Positions 11,132 through 22,100 of a DNA stretch of 64,000 nt are shown here, piece by piece. The position numbers were made by a program, and so were the translations under genes. The stretch comes from Opitutia bacterium (lineage in GTDB: Bacteria > Verrucomicrobiota > Verrucomicrobiia > Opitutales > T3Sed10-336): the NCBI GenBank assembly GCA_050506795.1, contig JBJHCF010000003.1:128001-192000 (forward strand). The letters are read 5' to 3'. Under the pieces are notes generated by a model, which saw only the letters and a program-made list of their open reading frames with translations, was not told the origin of the DNA and made no database searches. Numbering within the stretch: the stretch's first letter is position 1; the number at the start of each line of letters is the position of its first letter.

Positions 11132-11172
11132 GCAGCAAAGCTCTTACGATCCACGGTGTGGCAAACAATTGT

Positions 11173-11205
11173 CCGCCAGATGTCTTGGCGGCATCTGGCG
11201 GTTTT
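11173..11205 (+). terminator. Intrinsic terminator between convergent genes
   Basis: ccgccagatg / catctggcgg stem followed by a T run. Confidence 0.65.
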
Positions 11206-11222
11206 CGTTTAGTGGGTGGCTA

Positions 11223-12365
11223 TCACTCGCGGGGCAGGAATTCGACATGCAGTCGAATGAACCGCCGGGGTGTTTCGCTTGAGATCGGCTCGGGGTCGGT
11301 GACACGATAGCGGGGAACGCCGTCGTGGTCGGGTTCGACGCTTTCCCAGGTACCGTTCAGGGGTTGCCAGGAAACCAGATCCTCGCTGACCTGGACTTCG
11401 TAAAGGAGGTCGCTGCGATCGTCGCGTTCCGCTTCACCTTCCGGCCGGCGTACCACAAGCGAGAGAAAGCTTTCCTCTCCGTTGCTCACAATCTCGGGTT
11501 GCGGCAGGTAGGGGGCGGCGTTTTCCGCGGGCGGGTATCCAAGGGCGTAGGCCAGGAGATTGGGGTGACCGTCGCCCGAAATATCGGCCGTAAGGGCGGC
11601 GTGAGGCTCGCGGGCTTCTTCCCGAAAATGACTCACGATCCACCAGTCGATCGGCGCGGGATCGACGAGAAAATAGAACGGGTGCGGCTGGCCCGAGGTT
11701 TCCTCACCCGAAGTCAGAACACCGTGGGGCCGAAACCAAAGCAGGTAGATCCCGGGATCGCGAAAAATCCAGTTCTGATGGGAATGTCCGCCGGCGAATT
11801 CCCGCTTCGTCCCATAGGGCGGTTCGGCGGAGGTGCTGTCCATTAGGAGGTCGAGATTGTTCGGGCCGCCGGTGTAGAGGAAGAAGTCTCCGGCGCCGTC
11901 GAAGTCGGACAATTCGATAAAAAACTCCCCGCCAGATGGCCCCTGGAAAACGCCCTGACCGACCCCGTAGCCGTTGAACCCGAGGAAAACTACGCCCTCG
12001 AGTTCCGTGGTGATGACGCGATAGTAGCTGTCACCCGCCTGTCCGAGAAAGGAGAGGGTGGGGGGCGGATCGGATTCCAGGGTCCGTTTGGACGCTTCGG
12101 TCAGGTGGAGAATTGTCCGGTCGGGGGTCAGAATTTCACCCGTTTCGCCGGGGACGTTGAAGGCCCCGCGGTCGACCGTCATGGTCCATTCGTCCTCCAC
12201 CGGATCGTATCCCGTGCTCAAGTCGGTGTGTTCTTCGAAAACGACCACCCAGTCTTTCCAGGCGACCGCACCGGCCCACGCCGGCACCGGCAGACCGACC
12301 GCAGTAAACAGGTGGCCCAGTCCGATCAAAAAGACGACCGCCGATCTGATACTCTGCTCCCTCAT
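11223..12365 (-). CDS. Exported protein with choice-of-anchor M (TIGR03769-like) domain, probable metal-binding surface protein
   Basis: Signal peptide, HTDL, FLGFN, GGHSHQNWIFRDPGIY motifs; C-terminal YEVQVSEDLVSW..RRFIRL domain. Confidence 0.7.
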   Translation of the reverse strand: MREQSIRSAVVFLIGLGHLFTAVGLPVPAWAGAVAWKDWVVVFEEHTDLSTGYDPVEDEWTMTVDRGAFNVPGETGEILTPDRTILHLTEASKRTLESDPPPTLSFLGQAGDSYYRVITTELEGVVFLGFNGYGVGQGVFQGPSGGEFFIELSDFDGAGDFFLYTGGPNNLDLLMDSTSAEPPYGTKREFAGGHSHQNWIFRDPGIYLLWFRPHGVLTSGEETSGQPHPFYFLVDPAPIDWWIVSHFREEAREPHAALTADISGDGHPNLLAYALGYPPAENAAPYLPQPEIVSNGEESFLSLVVRRPEGEAERDDRSDLLYEVQVSEDLVSWQPLNGTWESVEPDHDGVPRYRVTDPEPISSETPRRFIRLHVEFLPRE

Positions 12366-13081
12366 TTCGCCCGGGCTTCCGGAGGCAGGGCAATATTGAT
12401 GCCGCTTTCGATCTGGCGGCGAACCTCCGCCGCGGGAATGGTTTCGACATGGCCGTCGGCATACAAATAGTTTGCCGTGCCCTGGGTGCGATCCGTGCTG
12501 CGGCTTCCCGCGTGATGGCGATCGGGGGCGATGTCGTTGATGACCGCGGCCCAGTTATTGGCCCAGGATGAGGCATGAGTGTGGTCTTCGGTGACGGCAA
12601 GCCCGCGCGAATCGGAGCCGATAAAAGCGAGTTTCGTCTGGGACGGAGATCGCAGCCGGTCGAGGCGACGAAAATCGTTGCCCACGGGTTGACCAAGTTC
12701 GTCCTCGGCGGCGAAAAAAACCAGGTCGTTCATCAGATAACTGGTGGCGTAGTCGATCCGCCGCATTTCATCAGCCCGCGGATCGGCGGGGCAGATGCGA
12801 ACGTCGTCCACATCGTCGAGATAGGGCCGCAGGGAATAAATCCACGACTCTTCGGGGTTAATGTGGGCCGTGCCCGGAAGCCATCCGTTATGGTCGTCCG
12901 CGAATAACCGCAGGGCGGTCCCCAGTTGCCGCATGTTGGACGCGCATTTGGCCCGGTGAGCGGATGCCCGGACCTGACCGACCACCGGGATCAGGATCGA
13001 CGCCAGGATCCCTATGATGGCAATCACGGTCAGGAGTTCGATCAGGGTGAACCCGGCCCGCGGTTTTCCGGTGGTGGTCAT
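12362..13081 (-). CDS. Prepilin-type N-methylation / H-X9-DG domain protein (PVC-type pilin-like protein)
   Basis: GFTLIELLTVIAIIGILASILIP, CASNMRQLG, RH...ANYLYADGHV. Confidence 0.9.
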   Translation of the reverse strand: MTTTGKPRAGFTLIELLTVIAIIGILASILIPVVGQVRASAHRAKCASNMRQLGTALRLFADDHNGWLPGTAHINPEESWIYSLRPYLDDVDDVRICPADPRADEMRRIDYATSYLMNDLVFFAAEDELGQPVGNDFRRLDRLRSPSQTKLAFIGSDSRGLAVTEDHTHASSWANNWAAVINDIAPDRHHAGSRSTDRTQGTANYLYADGHVETIPAAEVRRQIESGINIALPPEARAK

Positions 13082-13218
13082 TTATCGCAAAAAGTTGGCA
13101 ATATGTGGCAAGAGTGCAAGTGTCTTTTTTAATAAGACCTCGGCGGAGCGGAAAAATTCCACGTTTCCGTGGTGGATTTCGGTTATAGTTAACCTGCGAA
13201 CGATAATGACGATCGGTC

Positions 13219-14124
13219 CTATTCCCGCAGCTTTCTTCCGGTAGACAGCAGGTAATAGGCGGCGGCGCCGAAAACCGCGACCGAAGCCGCTACCAGAAGC
13301 AGTCCGAGTCCGACCGGAACGTCGCTGACCCCGGTCATGCCGTAGCGTAGCCCGTTCACCATGTAGAGAATCGGATTGGCCAGCGATAGGGTGTCCCACG
13401 GGGCGGGAAGCATTTCGATGGAGTAAAAAACGCCACCCAGGAACGTCAACGGCATGAGAAGAAACGCCGGGAACAGGTTGATGTGATCGAAATCTTCCGC
13501 CAGGATGGCCACCGTCAGCCCGAAAAGCGCGAAGGCGGTCGAGGTCAGGATCATAAACAGCAGGGTGAATGCCGGGTTGTGCAGAGTGGATGCGCCCATG
13601 ACGCCCGCAACCAGCCAAATCATGCAACCGATGATCATTGCCCGCAACAGCGAGGCGGCGATGTAACCGACAATGAGCTGGATTGGAGTCAGGGGGGTCA
13701 GAAGCACGTCCACCACCGAACCGTGCACCTTGGAAATAAAGAGGGAAAATCCGGTATTCAGGAAGGCGTTGTTGATCAGGTTCAGCATGATCAGCCCCGG
13801 GACCAGAAAGTCGACGTAGGGCACGCCTTGAATCTCCTCGAGGCGGCTGCCGAGGGAATAACCGAACACCACGAACCAAAGCATGGTGGTGAGAACCGGG
13901 CTCACGATGGTTTGTCCGGCGACTCTCATAAACCTCGCCAGTTCGCGACGAAACAGCATCCAGGTCCCCAACCAGCCGCGGTTGTCGAGGGCGCGCTGTT
14001 CGACGCGGCTGATGTGTCGGCGCGCGGCCTCTTCCACAGCGGGGGGCAGCACACCCTCGTCGCTGTCCGTCGGCGAGGACTGCTGCCTGAAGGTGAGTTC
14101 GGTGGCGGGATTGTTAGTATTCAT
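13219..14124 (-). CDS. ABC-2 type transporter permease (YadH-like)
   Basis: YVDFLVPGLIM, PLTFLGGVFYSIEMLP, NPILYMVNGLRYG. Confidence 0.88.
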   Translation of the reverse strand: MNTNNPATELTFRQQSSPTDSDEGVLPPAVEEAARRHISRVEQRALDNRGWLGTWMLFRRELARFMRVAGQTIVSPVLTTMLWFVVFGYSLGSRLEEIQGVPYVDFLVPGLIMLNLINNAFLNTGFSLFISKVHGSVVDVLLTPLTPIQLIVGYIAASLLRAMIIGCMIWLVAGVMGASTLHNPAFTLLFMILTSTAFALFGLTVAILAEDFDHINLFPAFLLMPLTFLGGVFYSIEMLPAPWDTLSLANPILYMVNGLRYGMTGVSDVPVGLGLLLVAASVAVFGAAAYYLLSTGRKLRE

Positions 14125-14158
14125 GGTCGGGGGATGGTATTCGCATATCGTGGCCGTT

Positions 14159-15115
14159 TCAGGAATCCGCGTGCACGACCTCGCGGAAGATATCTTCCAG
14201 GCGACTGCGGCCGCCATCCAGGGTTTCAATTTCCAGACCGGCGCCTTGAATGGCCTGGGTCAGACGACGAACGGGGGCGCCGTCACCGCCGGTGCCGTGA
14301 TCCCGTTCGGGAAAGCTGATACGCACCCGGTCGGGTTGGGGCGTTTCCGGATGTAGACCTTCAAGGGCGTTAAGCAGTTCTCCGGTAGCCGGAGCCGAGA
14401 GGCGAACCTCGATCCAACGTCTGCCGAAATCCCGCATCAGGCTTTCCCGCGTGTCGACCCGCAGCAGGCGGCCGCGATTCACGATGCCGATTCGGTCGGC
14501 CAGGTTCTCCGCCTCCTCCAGGTAATGAGTGGTCAGCACGATGGTGGTGCCGGTATCGCGAAGTTTCTGAATGTAGGCCCAGAGCTCCTCGCGCAGATCC
14601 ACGTCGACTCCCGCGGTGGGTTCGTCGAGGAAAAGCAGGGCCGGCTCGTGCATCAGGGCTTTGCAGACCATTAGCCGGCGCTTCATGCCGCCGGAGAGTT
14701 TACGGGTATTCGCCTGGGCTTTTTCCGTAAGGGCAAAGGTTTTCAACAGATTCTCGGTGCGACGGCGAAGGTCCCGGCCACCAAAGTAGCCGCCCTGATA
14801 ACGAACCGTTTCGGCGGTGGGAAAGAAGCCGTCGAAGTTCAATTCCTGCGGCACCAGTCCCACCAGTTGGCGGGTGATACGATAATCGGTGCGCACATTG
14901 TATCCGGCGACGCGGATTTCGCCTTCGTAACGCGATATTAGTCCGGTAATGCAGCCGATCATCGTGGTTTTGCCGGCACCGTTCACCCCGAGCAGGGCGA
15001 AAATCTCGCCCGGCGCGATGTCCAGAGAAACGTTGTTTACCGCGGTGAGATCGCCGTAGCGTTTGGTCAGGTTGCGAATGGAAAGAAGGTGGGATTGCGA
15101 ATAAGGTTCGACCAT
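14159..15115 (-). CDS. ABC transporter ATP-binding protein (YadG-like)
   Basis: GVNGAGKTT, LSGGMKRR, LDEPTAGVD, TTHYLEEAE. Confidence 0.92.
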   Translation of the reverse strand: MVEPYSQSHLLSIRNLTKRYGDLTAVNNVSLDIAPGEIFALLGVNGAGKTTMIGCITGLISRYEGEIRVAGYNVRTDYRITRQLVGLVPQELNFDGFFPTAETVRYQGGYFGGRDLRRRTENLLKTFALTEKAQANTRKLSGGMKRRLMVCKALMHEPALLFLDEPTAGVDVDLREELWAYIQKLRDTGTTIVLTTHYLEEAENLADRIGIVNRGRLLRVDTRESLMRDFGRRWIEVRLSAPATGELLNALEGLHPETPQPDRVRISFPERDHGTGGDGAPVRRLTQAIQGAGLEIETLDGGRSRLEDIFREVVHADS

Positions 15116-15210
15116 TGTACTGAACGGCGCTGTTGATCAGGATTTGGCATTGAGGCCGCGACCGGCAAAGCCTTTACTTCTTACCTGAATCGAGGGGAAA
15201 CGCAAGAATC

Positions 15211-17214
15211 ATGGATCTTAAGGAGTTTTGGGACGAACTGAACGCTCCCGCCAAACCATTGCTGGAGCAGCGCTGGCCGGAAAACCGACGTTTCGGGTTC
15301 GTTGACGCGTTGCGGGAGATTCTTCCCGAGAAGCAAAGCCGTCTGGCGACCACCTTTCGCATTGCCCGGGAATTTGGTGACGTGCCCATTCTCGCGGTGG
15401 CGGGTCCCATCAACGGCGGCAAGTCCTCCCTGGTAAGCACTTTTCTAAGCGAGCGCGGTCGCGACAGGATCCCTACCGGATTGAGCGGTCGCGACGGAAC
15501 GCAGCGATTTGTTTTGTGGATTCCGCGTTCCTGGGAGCAGGACGAGGCGGTCTACACCCGGTTGGAGGAAATGCTGGCATTGGTCTTCGATGCGCTTCCC
15601 GAAAGACTGCCGGAGGACCCGGAGGAAGCTCGTGCGCTCTACGCGGATGTGGAAGCGTTTTCCCGCCCTTTGATTGCCTCCGATTCCGAACTCGATCGGC
15701 ATGGAATCGCGCTGATGGATTGTCCCGACATGCAGCGTCAGCATTCCGGGGAGGAGACGGGAGAAAACCGGCGATTGGAGGCGATCGTCAGGGCGTCCGA
15801 ACTCTGCGCCGGGGTAATTATCGTCACCCCCCGTTCTCAATTGGAAATCCGCGACCTGGCCGAACTCGTGCGCCGGCGTCTGCCTCAGGCGGTCCGGGTT
15901 TACGCCGTCAATCTGATCCGTCCGCCCGAACCCCCGGAAGTGGTTTACCGCGAGTTGCTCCTGGCCTTGGGAAAAGAGGAAGAAGACGTCATTTGCTACG
16001 GCGCCTATGATTTCCTGGTGCCGTCGTCCCGCGATTTCGCGCCTCCCTGGGACGAGTCCCCGAACCGGCCGGAGGAACTGCGCACGCCTTGTTTTTTTCG
16101 GGTTTTTCCGCAGGCGGATAAGAATCGTCCGGAAAGTGTTGCTTCCGACCGATCCATCCTGAGGCTGGCGGAGTGTATCCGTCCGGCCATGATGCGACAG
16201 AGGCGCCGGCAGGAGATTGTGGAGGATCTGTCGCGCCAGGTGCGCGAAGGCATCGAGGGACTCGAAAAACGGTCGGAAGCGGACCGGGAGCGAATGGCTC
16301 TGGCGGCTGAAGAACTTTACCTCCTGGCGCGGGACCTGATGCACGACGCCGACGGGCGTTTGCGTATCAAAATCGATCCGGCCATTGTCATGAGCTTTAA
16401 GGAAAGTATGGAACGGACGGCGCCTCTGCACCTGAAGCCGGTCATGGCCATGCGCCGCCGCATGGTCGATCGAGCGGCCGAGGCGGTTGGGCGAGGCCGC
16501 GACGCCATCGTGCGTGCTTTTCCCTGGATGCGCGTGCGCGGCGGACGGTATGAGACCATAAAAAGCCGGCTGCAGAAACGATTGATCCAGGAGGAGGACA
16601 TTCGCCAACTTCTCGAACGCTGGGCGGTGGCGGCGAAGGTCGACGCTCTGGACCGCGCCTGGGATACGGAAGCGCGTGAAATCCTGGAGCGTTATCGGGT
16701 AGAGGAAAGTACCGACATGACTCCGGAGGATTGGGACCGAATCACGCGCCGGATCTGGAAAAGCACCGGAAGGTTGCGGGCCACGGTGACGATTTTCGGT
16801 TCCTTCTTTGCCGGATTGGTCGCGGTGATTCTGATTCCATTCGACGGAGGCGTCTCGGTGCTCGGTATCACGGCCCTGGAATTGCTTGGAGTGCTCGGCT
16901 TCAGCGGCCTGATCGCCGGCGGTACCCTCAAATTGCTGGAAGAAGAGATGAAAGAAAAAATCGGCTACCGCCAATTCGGAAACTTTCTCGCCATCGCCGG
17001 GGATCGTATCGGAGTGCCTCGCGAGATGACGAACGAGGTCCTGCACCAACACAGTTTCCTGGAGCCCGCCATGGAGACGGCCCCCGCAGACCGAACTTTC
17101 GGCGCCGCGGAGGTCGGTTGGCGGCTTTGCCGGGTCGATCCGCAACGCCGGAAAGCGCTGTTCCGCACGCTTGACCGTTTTACCCGGGAGGAACATGTCG
17201 CCCACACCGCTTGA
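15211..17214 (+). CDS. Large P-loop GTPase with C-terminal transmembrane hairpin (dynamin-like/TRAFAC), first of a pair
   Basis: G1 AGPINGGKSS, G2 T in GRDGT, G3-like LMDCPD, helical region, hydrophobic segments TIFGSFFAGLVAVILIPF and LGVLGFSGLIAGG. Confidence 0.65.
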   Translation: MDLKEFWDELNAPAKPLLEQRWPENRRFGFVDALREILPEKQSRLATTFRIAREFGDVPILAVAGPINGGKSSLVSTFLSERGRDRIPTGLSGRDGTQRFVLWIPRSWEQDEAVYTRLEEMLALVFDALPERLPEDPEEARALYADVEAFSRPLIASDSELDRHGIALMDCPDMQRQHSGEETGENRRLEAIVRASELCAGVIIVTPRSQLEIRDLAELVRRRLPQAVRVYAVNLIRPPEPPEVVYRELLLALGKEEEDVICYGAYDFLVPSSRDFAPPWDESPNRPEELRTPCFFRVFPQADKNRPESVASDRSILRLAECIRPAMMRQRRRQEIVEDLSRQVREGIEGLEKRSEADRERMALAAEELYLLARDLMHDADGRLRIKIDPAIVMSFKESMERTAPLHLKPVMAMRRRMVDRAAEAVGRGRDAIVRAFPWMRVRGGRYETIKSRLQKRLIQEEDIRQLLERWAVAAKVDALDRAWDTEAREILERYRVEESTDMTPEDWDRITRRIWKSTGRLRATVTIFGSFFAGLVAVILIPFDGGVSVLGITALELLGVLGFSGLIAGGTLKLLEEEMKEKIGYRQFGNFLAIAGDRIGVPREMTNEVLHQHSFLEPAMETAPADRTFGAAEVGWRLCRVDPQRRKALFRTLDRFTREEHVAHTA

Positions 17215-19018
17215 ATCCTGCCGGCAACTGGCCGACGATGTGGAACGGCATGCCGGCGTTCTCGGGCTGGAATGGGAGGACCTTGCCGTCGTCCTGCGGA
17301 TGTGCGAGGATTTCCGGCGCTCCTGCGAAGAGGTCGCCGGAAACCGCGGCATCGATCATGTCACCATCGCGTTCACCGGTCCAAAAAATTCCGGCAAAAC
17401 CCGTCTGTTGTCGCTTTTCCTCACAGGGGAGGGCGTCCGGCGGCGATTGCGGGTCGGGTACGGGCGTTCCGACGCCACCGAAAAAGTCACCTGGATCGGG
17501 CCGCGTCCCCCCGGCGACCTGCTCGAAGAGAGCGAAGCTCACATCCCCTGCCACCAGGAGGATCTGGTCGACCTGGGATTCCCCTATACCCTGGTTGATG
17601 TGCCGGGCCTGAACGAAGCGGAGGAGCGTCGGTCGGAGGCCGCGGTACGCGCGCTGGACAGCGCGCTGGTCAAGGTGTTGGTCACCGCCCAGCGCGAACT
17701 GGAAGACAAGGCGCTGGGAAGCTACCTGGCGCGGGCCGATGGCAGCATGATCCTTCCGGTAATCAATTTTGTGCGCGCCGAACCGCCTCGGGAGGATATC
17801 GACGAGTTTCAGGCCATGTTGCGACAGGTATTGCCGCACAGCGAGGTGCGACCGCCGGTGTTGGTGCGTGACGGAGCCATCGCAGGTCGCGAGGAGGGAG
17901 GCGCCGGCGGCGGGGAGATCCTCCAGCGAGACGCGGATAATCTGCGCCGCGCGATACGCGAAGCGGCCGGACCGCGGCGTTTGCGGGATTTACCGCAGGC
18001 GCGGTTGAATCGGAAGTATCGGCAGTTTAAGGACGACATGGGCCGTTTTATGGCGGAGCGCCTGCCCGCCAGCCGGCGGGCATTGGAAGCTTTGCGCGAA
18101 TCGGAGGAAGGGTTGCCGCAGGAGACCCTGGGGCATTTGTTGGGGGCGGACCGGAACCTCCGCGCCGGGGTTCGCCAGCGGCTGCGCGCCACCCTGTTGC
18201 AGCGCACGCCATACGTTTTGTTTCCCTGGCGGGCGGCGCTGGCGCTGGCGAACCTGCTGCACGGTGCGGTGGAGCGGGTTCCGCTCGCTCTCATGGGCAG
18301 CATTCCGGCCTGGGTTTCCGGCGCCTTTACCGCCGCCCGCAATGTCAAGGGGGCCCGCGATTTCAACCGAGGCGTGGAAAGCGGTGTGCGCGGTTACGTG
18401 GAGGGCGCCGTGCGCGAAAAGATCCTCCCCAAAGTCCGCGACCTGGAATTTGTGCTCCAACGTGAGGTGCGGGCGGGCCGTGAGGAAATTCCGACCACCC
18501 CGACGGATCTGCAGGTGAAAATATCCGGGCTGGACAACCTGCAATCACGCTCTTCGGAAATCTTTCATTCCGCGGTGGAGCGGTGGTCCCCCTCCCGCGG
18601 CGCGGCGACTCTGATTGGTCTTGTCGGATTTCTGGTTTTCTGGGGATTCTTTGCCTGGCCGGTCTACGGGTTGTATCTGGATTTCTTCGACGCCGTGCGC
18701 GGACTTTGGGTTGACGAAGGCGGCGCCTCCGGCCGTTTTCCTTCGGCGCCTTTCGGGATGCTGGGAACCAGTTTGCTGCTGGCATTGTTGCCCATGGGAT
18801 TCTTCATGCTCGCTTCGGTTTCGCTTTTGATCCGGCCCGGAAGGGTGACTTCCTGCCTGGAGCAAATCCGTAGCGGACATAGCCGCGCGGTGGCCGAACT
18901 GGTCGATGCCGGACTTCTGAGAATCAAAGTCGAACAACCGCGCATCGACGCCTGCCTTTTCCTGCTCAAGCTGGCTCCGCAGGAAGCGGAGGAGAACTCC
19001 TCGGACCATCAGGCTTGA
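17195..19018 (+). CDS. Large P-loop GTPase with C-terminal transmembrane segments, second of a pair
   Basis: G1 TGPKNSGKT, G3 LVDVPG, G4-like VINFV; two C-terminal hydrophobic segments; overlaps the upstream gene. Confidence 0.65.
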   Translation: MSPTPLESCRQLADDVERHAGVLGLEWEDLAVVLRMCEDFRRSCEEVAGNRGIDHVTIAFTGPKNSGKTRLLSLFLTGEGVRRRLRVGYGRSDATEKVTWIGPRPPGDLLEESEAHIPCHQEDLVDLGFPYTLVDVPGLNEAEERRSEAAVRALDSALVKVLVTAQRELEDKALGSYLARADGSMILPVINFVRAEPPREDIDEFQAMLRQVLPHSEVRPPVLVRDGAIAGREEGGAGGGEILQRDADNLRRAIREAAGPRRLRDLPQARLNRKYRQFKDDMGRFMAERLPASRRALEALRESEEGLPQETLGHLLGADRNLRAGVRQRLRATLLQRTPYVLFPWRAALALANLLHGAVERVPLALMGSIPAWVSGAFTAARNVKGARDFNRGVESGVRGYVEGAVREKILPKVRDLEFVLQREVRAGREEIPTTPTDLQVKISGLDNLQSRSSEIFHSAVERWSPSRGAATLIGLVGFLVFWGFFAWPVYGLYLDFFDAVRGLWVDEGGASGRFPSAPFGMLGTSLLLALLPMGFFMLASVSLLIRPGRVTSCLEQIRSGHSRAVAELVDAGLLRIKVEQPRIDACLFLLKLAPQEAEENSSDHQA

Positions 19019-19166
19019 GTCGGATAAGAGTTCGTGAAGGGCTTCAGTTTCGCATTTCACGAAACCTTTGGAATTGAGTTTCGAAATCGCGGAAAGAACG
19101 ATCAGGTCCTCTTTGGCCTACGGCGGGATCTCCGAAGACTCTTTTTGTCCTAGGGATTGTTCCAGT

Positions 19167-22100
19167 GTTTCCAAGCCACTTGGGTGCGATAGCGACAACC
19201 GGGCCAAGGCGGCATGGGACCGGCTCAAGAGGTTTCCAAGCCACTTGGGTGCGATAGCGACGGATTGCCGGAAGGGCTGGCGGCCATGTATTATGGAGTT
19301 TCCAAGCCACTTGGGTGCGATAGCGACGCTTCCGGGACTTGCTGCTGCTGATCCGTCTCTTGAGTTTCCAAGCCACTTGGGTGCGATAGCGACGGGAAAC
19401 GCATACCTGTTTAACTTTTCGTGCGAGGATGTTTCCAAGCCACTTGGGTGCGATAGCGACGATGCAGCAGTCGATCCCCGGGATAGGGCAATACGTGTTT
19501 CCAAGCCACTTGGGTGCGATAGCGACCGAACGCGGGCTATTTGCAGACGCTGAAGCGTACGGGTTTCCAAGCCACTTGGGTGCGATAGCGACGGCCGGCC
19601 GCTACTCACCAAAGCCGGAGCGCTGAAAAGTTTCCAAGCCACTTGGGTGCGATAGCGACCGTTTTCCCTTCGCGCCGGGAGGGGCGGGTTTCACCGTTTC
19701 CAAGCCACTTGGGTGCGATAGCGACACGACCCCGGCCGCGTTCCGCGTCAATGCGGTAAACGTTTCCAAGCCACTTGGGTGCGATAGCGACCCTGGAGTA
19801 CAAGCGTGCTGCCTGGCATCCCGCAACGTTTCCAAGCCACTTGGGTGCGATAGCGACGCAGGAACTGCGTCAGGCGGTGGCGGCGGATCCGTTGTTTCCA
19901 AGCCACTTGGGTGCGATAGCGACACCGACGAGGATTTCGTGCGCTGGGATGGCGCGATCGTTTCCAAGCCACTTGGGTGCGATAGCGACGCAACTTTCGT
20001 AGTCAGGGCGGGTTGGGTCTTGGAGCGTTTCCAAGCCACTTGGGTGCGATAGCGACGATTCGGGGTTGTTCCTGCTCTTTCTGGAGAGTTCGGGTTTCCA
20101 AGCCACTTGGGTGCGATAGCGACGGCCTCGGAAGGGAAAGGATGGATGAGAATTAGGGAGGTTTCCAAGCCACTTGGGTGCGATAGCGACGATTCGGGGT
20201 TGTTCCTGCTCTTTCTGGAGAGTTCGGGTTTCCAAGCCACTTGGGTGCGATAGCGACTTACCGACGATTTCGACCATGACGACGGCACGTTCACGTTTCC
20301 AAGCCACTTGGGTGCGATAGCGACGGTCCAAAAGGTGGTTTCTTTGCGCTGGCGGGCCAAGTTTCCAAGCCACTTGGGTGCGATAGCGACGGCGCCATCG
20401 CCGAGTGGATGAATGTCCAGAGCGAAGTTTCCAAGCCACTTGGGTGCGATAGCGACCCGGAACATTTGATGGGGCGCGATCCGACATTGAGATGTTTCCA
20501 AGCCACTTGGGTGCGATAGCGACGAGCCATACAAGGGAACCCTGGCACTGACGGTTCTAGTTTCCAAGCCACTTGGGTGCGATAGCGACCCGGCCGTCGC
20601 CGCGATGGACCAGGCGCTCACCAACAGTTTCCAAGCCACTTGGGTGCGATAGCGACGGAGAGCGTCGGCGGCCCGGTAGTAGAGATCCGTATGTTTCCAA
20701 GCCACTTGGGTGCGATAGCGACGACGAGCAGCCCATCACCCCGCAAAACCTTTCCGAGGTTTCCAAGCCACTTGGGTGCGATAGCGACAGGTTGTCCACC
20801 ACCGGCGCGTCGCCGCCCGTCGGGGTTTCCAAGCCACTTGGGTGCGATAGCGACTTCCCGCTCCATGGCGGGCGGATCGGCGAGAGTTGCAGTTTCCAAG
20901 CCACTTGGGTGCGATAGCGACCGTGCTGATGCCCACCAAAACGGCCAGGATCTGGTGTTTCCAAGCCACTTGGGTGCGATAGCGACCACGCACCTCCCTC
21001 AGTGTTTTGTAGGCGCTCCTGGGTTTCCAAGCCACTTGGGTGCGATAGCGACATCCCGAGGTAAATGAGATTGCGCAGTTCTGAAGGAGTTTCCAAGCCA
21101 CTTGGGTGCGATAGCGACCCCACCTGGTCATTCGGCCGCGAGGGCAACCAGATAAGTTTCCAAGCCACTTGGGTGCGATAGCGACCTGAGAGCGGCGAGG
21201 ACGAAGAGGAAGAGGATTACAGTTTCCAAGCCACTTGGGTGCGATAGCGACGGAGATTCGGTGAGATCGTAATTCAAACTCTCCAATGTTTCCAAGCCAC
21301 TTGGGTGCGATAGCGACATCGAGGAGAGGCGACGGACGGACGGGCAATACACGTTTCCAAGCCACTTGGGTGCGATAGCGACCCTGGCCGCCGATCTCCG
21401 CGAGGCGATCGATCACCGTTTCCAAGCCACTTGGGTGCGATAGCGACCAAGTGAGAGAGGATGCGGCTCTGCGTCAACAAATGTTTCCAAGCCACTTGGG
21501 TGCGATAGCGACGACCGGTTTCGGGGTGCCCTGGTTGCCGGTGATCGGGGTTTCCAAGCCACTTGGGTGCGATAGCGACGAGCCTTCCGTTGCTCACGAA
21601 GGATCGGCTCAATCTGTTTCCAAGCCACTTGGGTGCGATAGCGACGGCAAACTCGCTCGGATTCGCGCCGCCATTGCCGGAGTTTCCAAGCCACTTGGGT
21701 GCGATAGCGACGCGGTCGCGGGCGTGTTTGCGGGTGAGTTGTTCGAGTTTCCAAGCCACTTGGGTGCGATAGCGACGGTGAAAAACCCGCCTCTAAACGG
21801 GCAGGAACGCAAGTTTCCAAGCCACTTGGGTGCGATAGCGACCCGCGCAACCCTCGGCGTCATCATCCCAGACCTTCATCGTTTCCAAGCCACTTGGGTG
21901 CGATAGCGACTCGGAACGATGCTCGCCCTGACCCGAACCGTTTCGCGTTTCCAAGCCACTTGGGTGCGATAGCGACCCTGGGAGGTTTTGCGGAGTTTTG
22001 AGTGGCTGTCTGTTTCCAAGCCACTTGGGTGCGATAGCGACTACGGGTCCGGGGATCGGTCTGGGCGATTACCTGGGTTTCCAAGCCACTTGGGTGCGAT

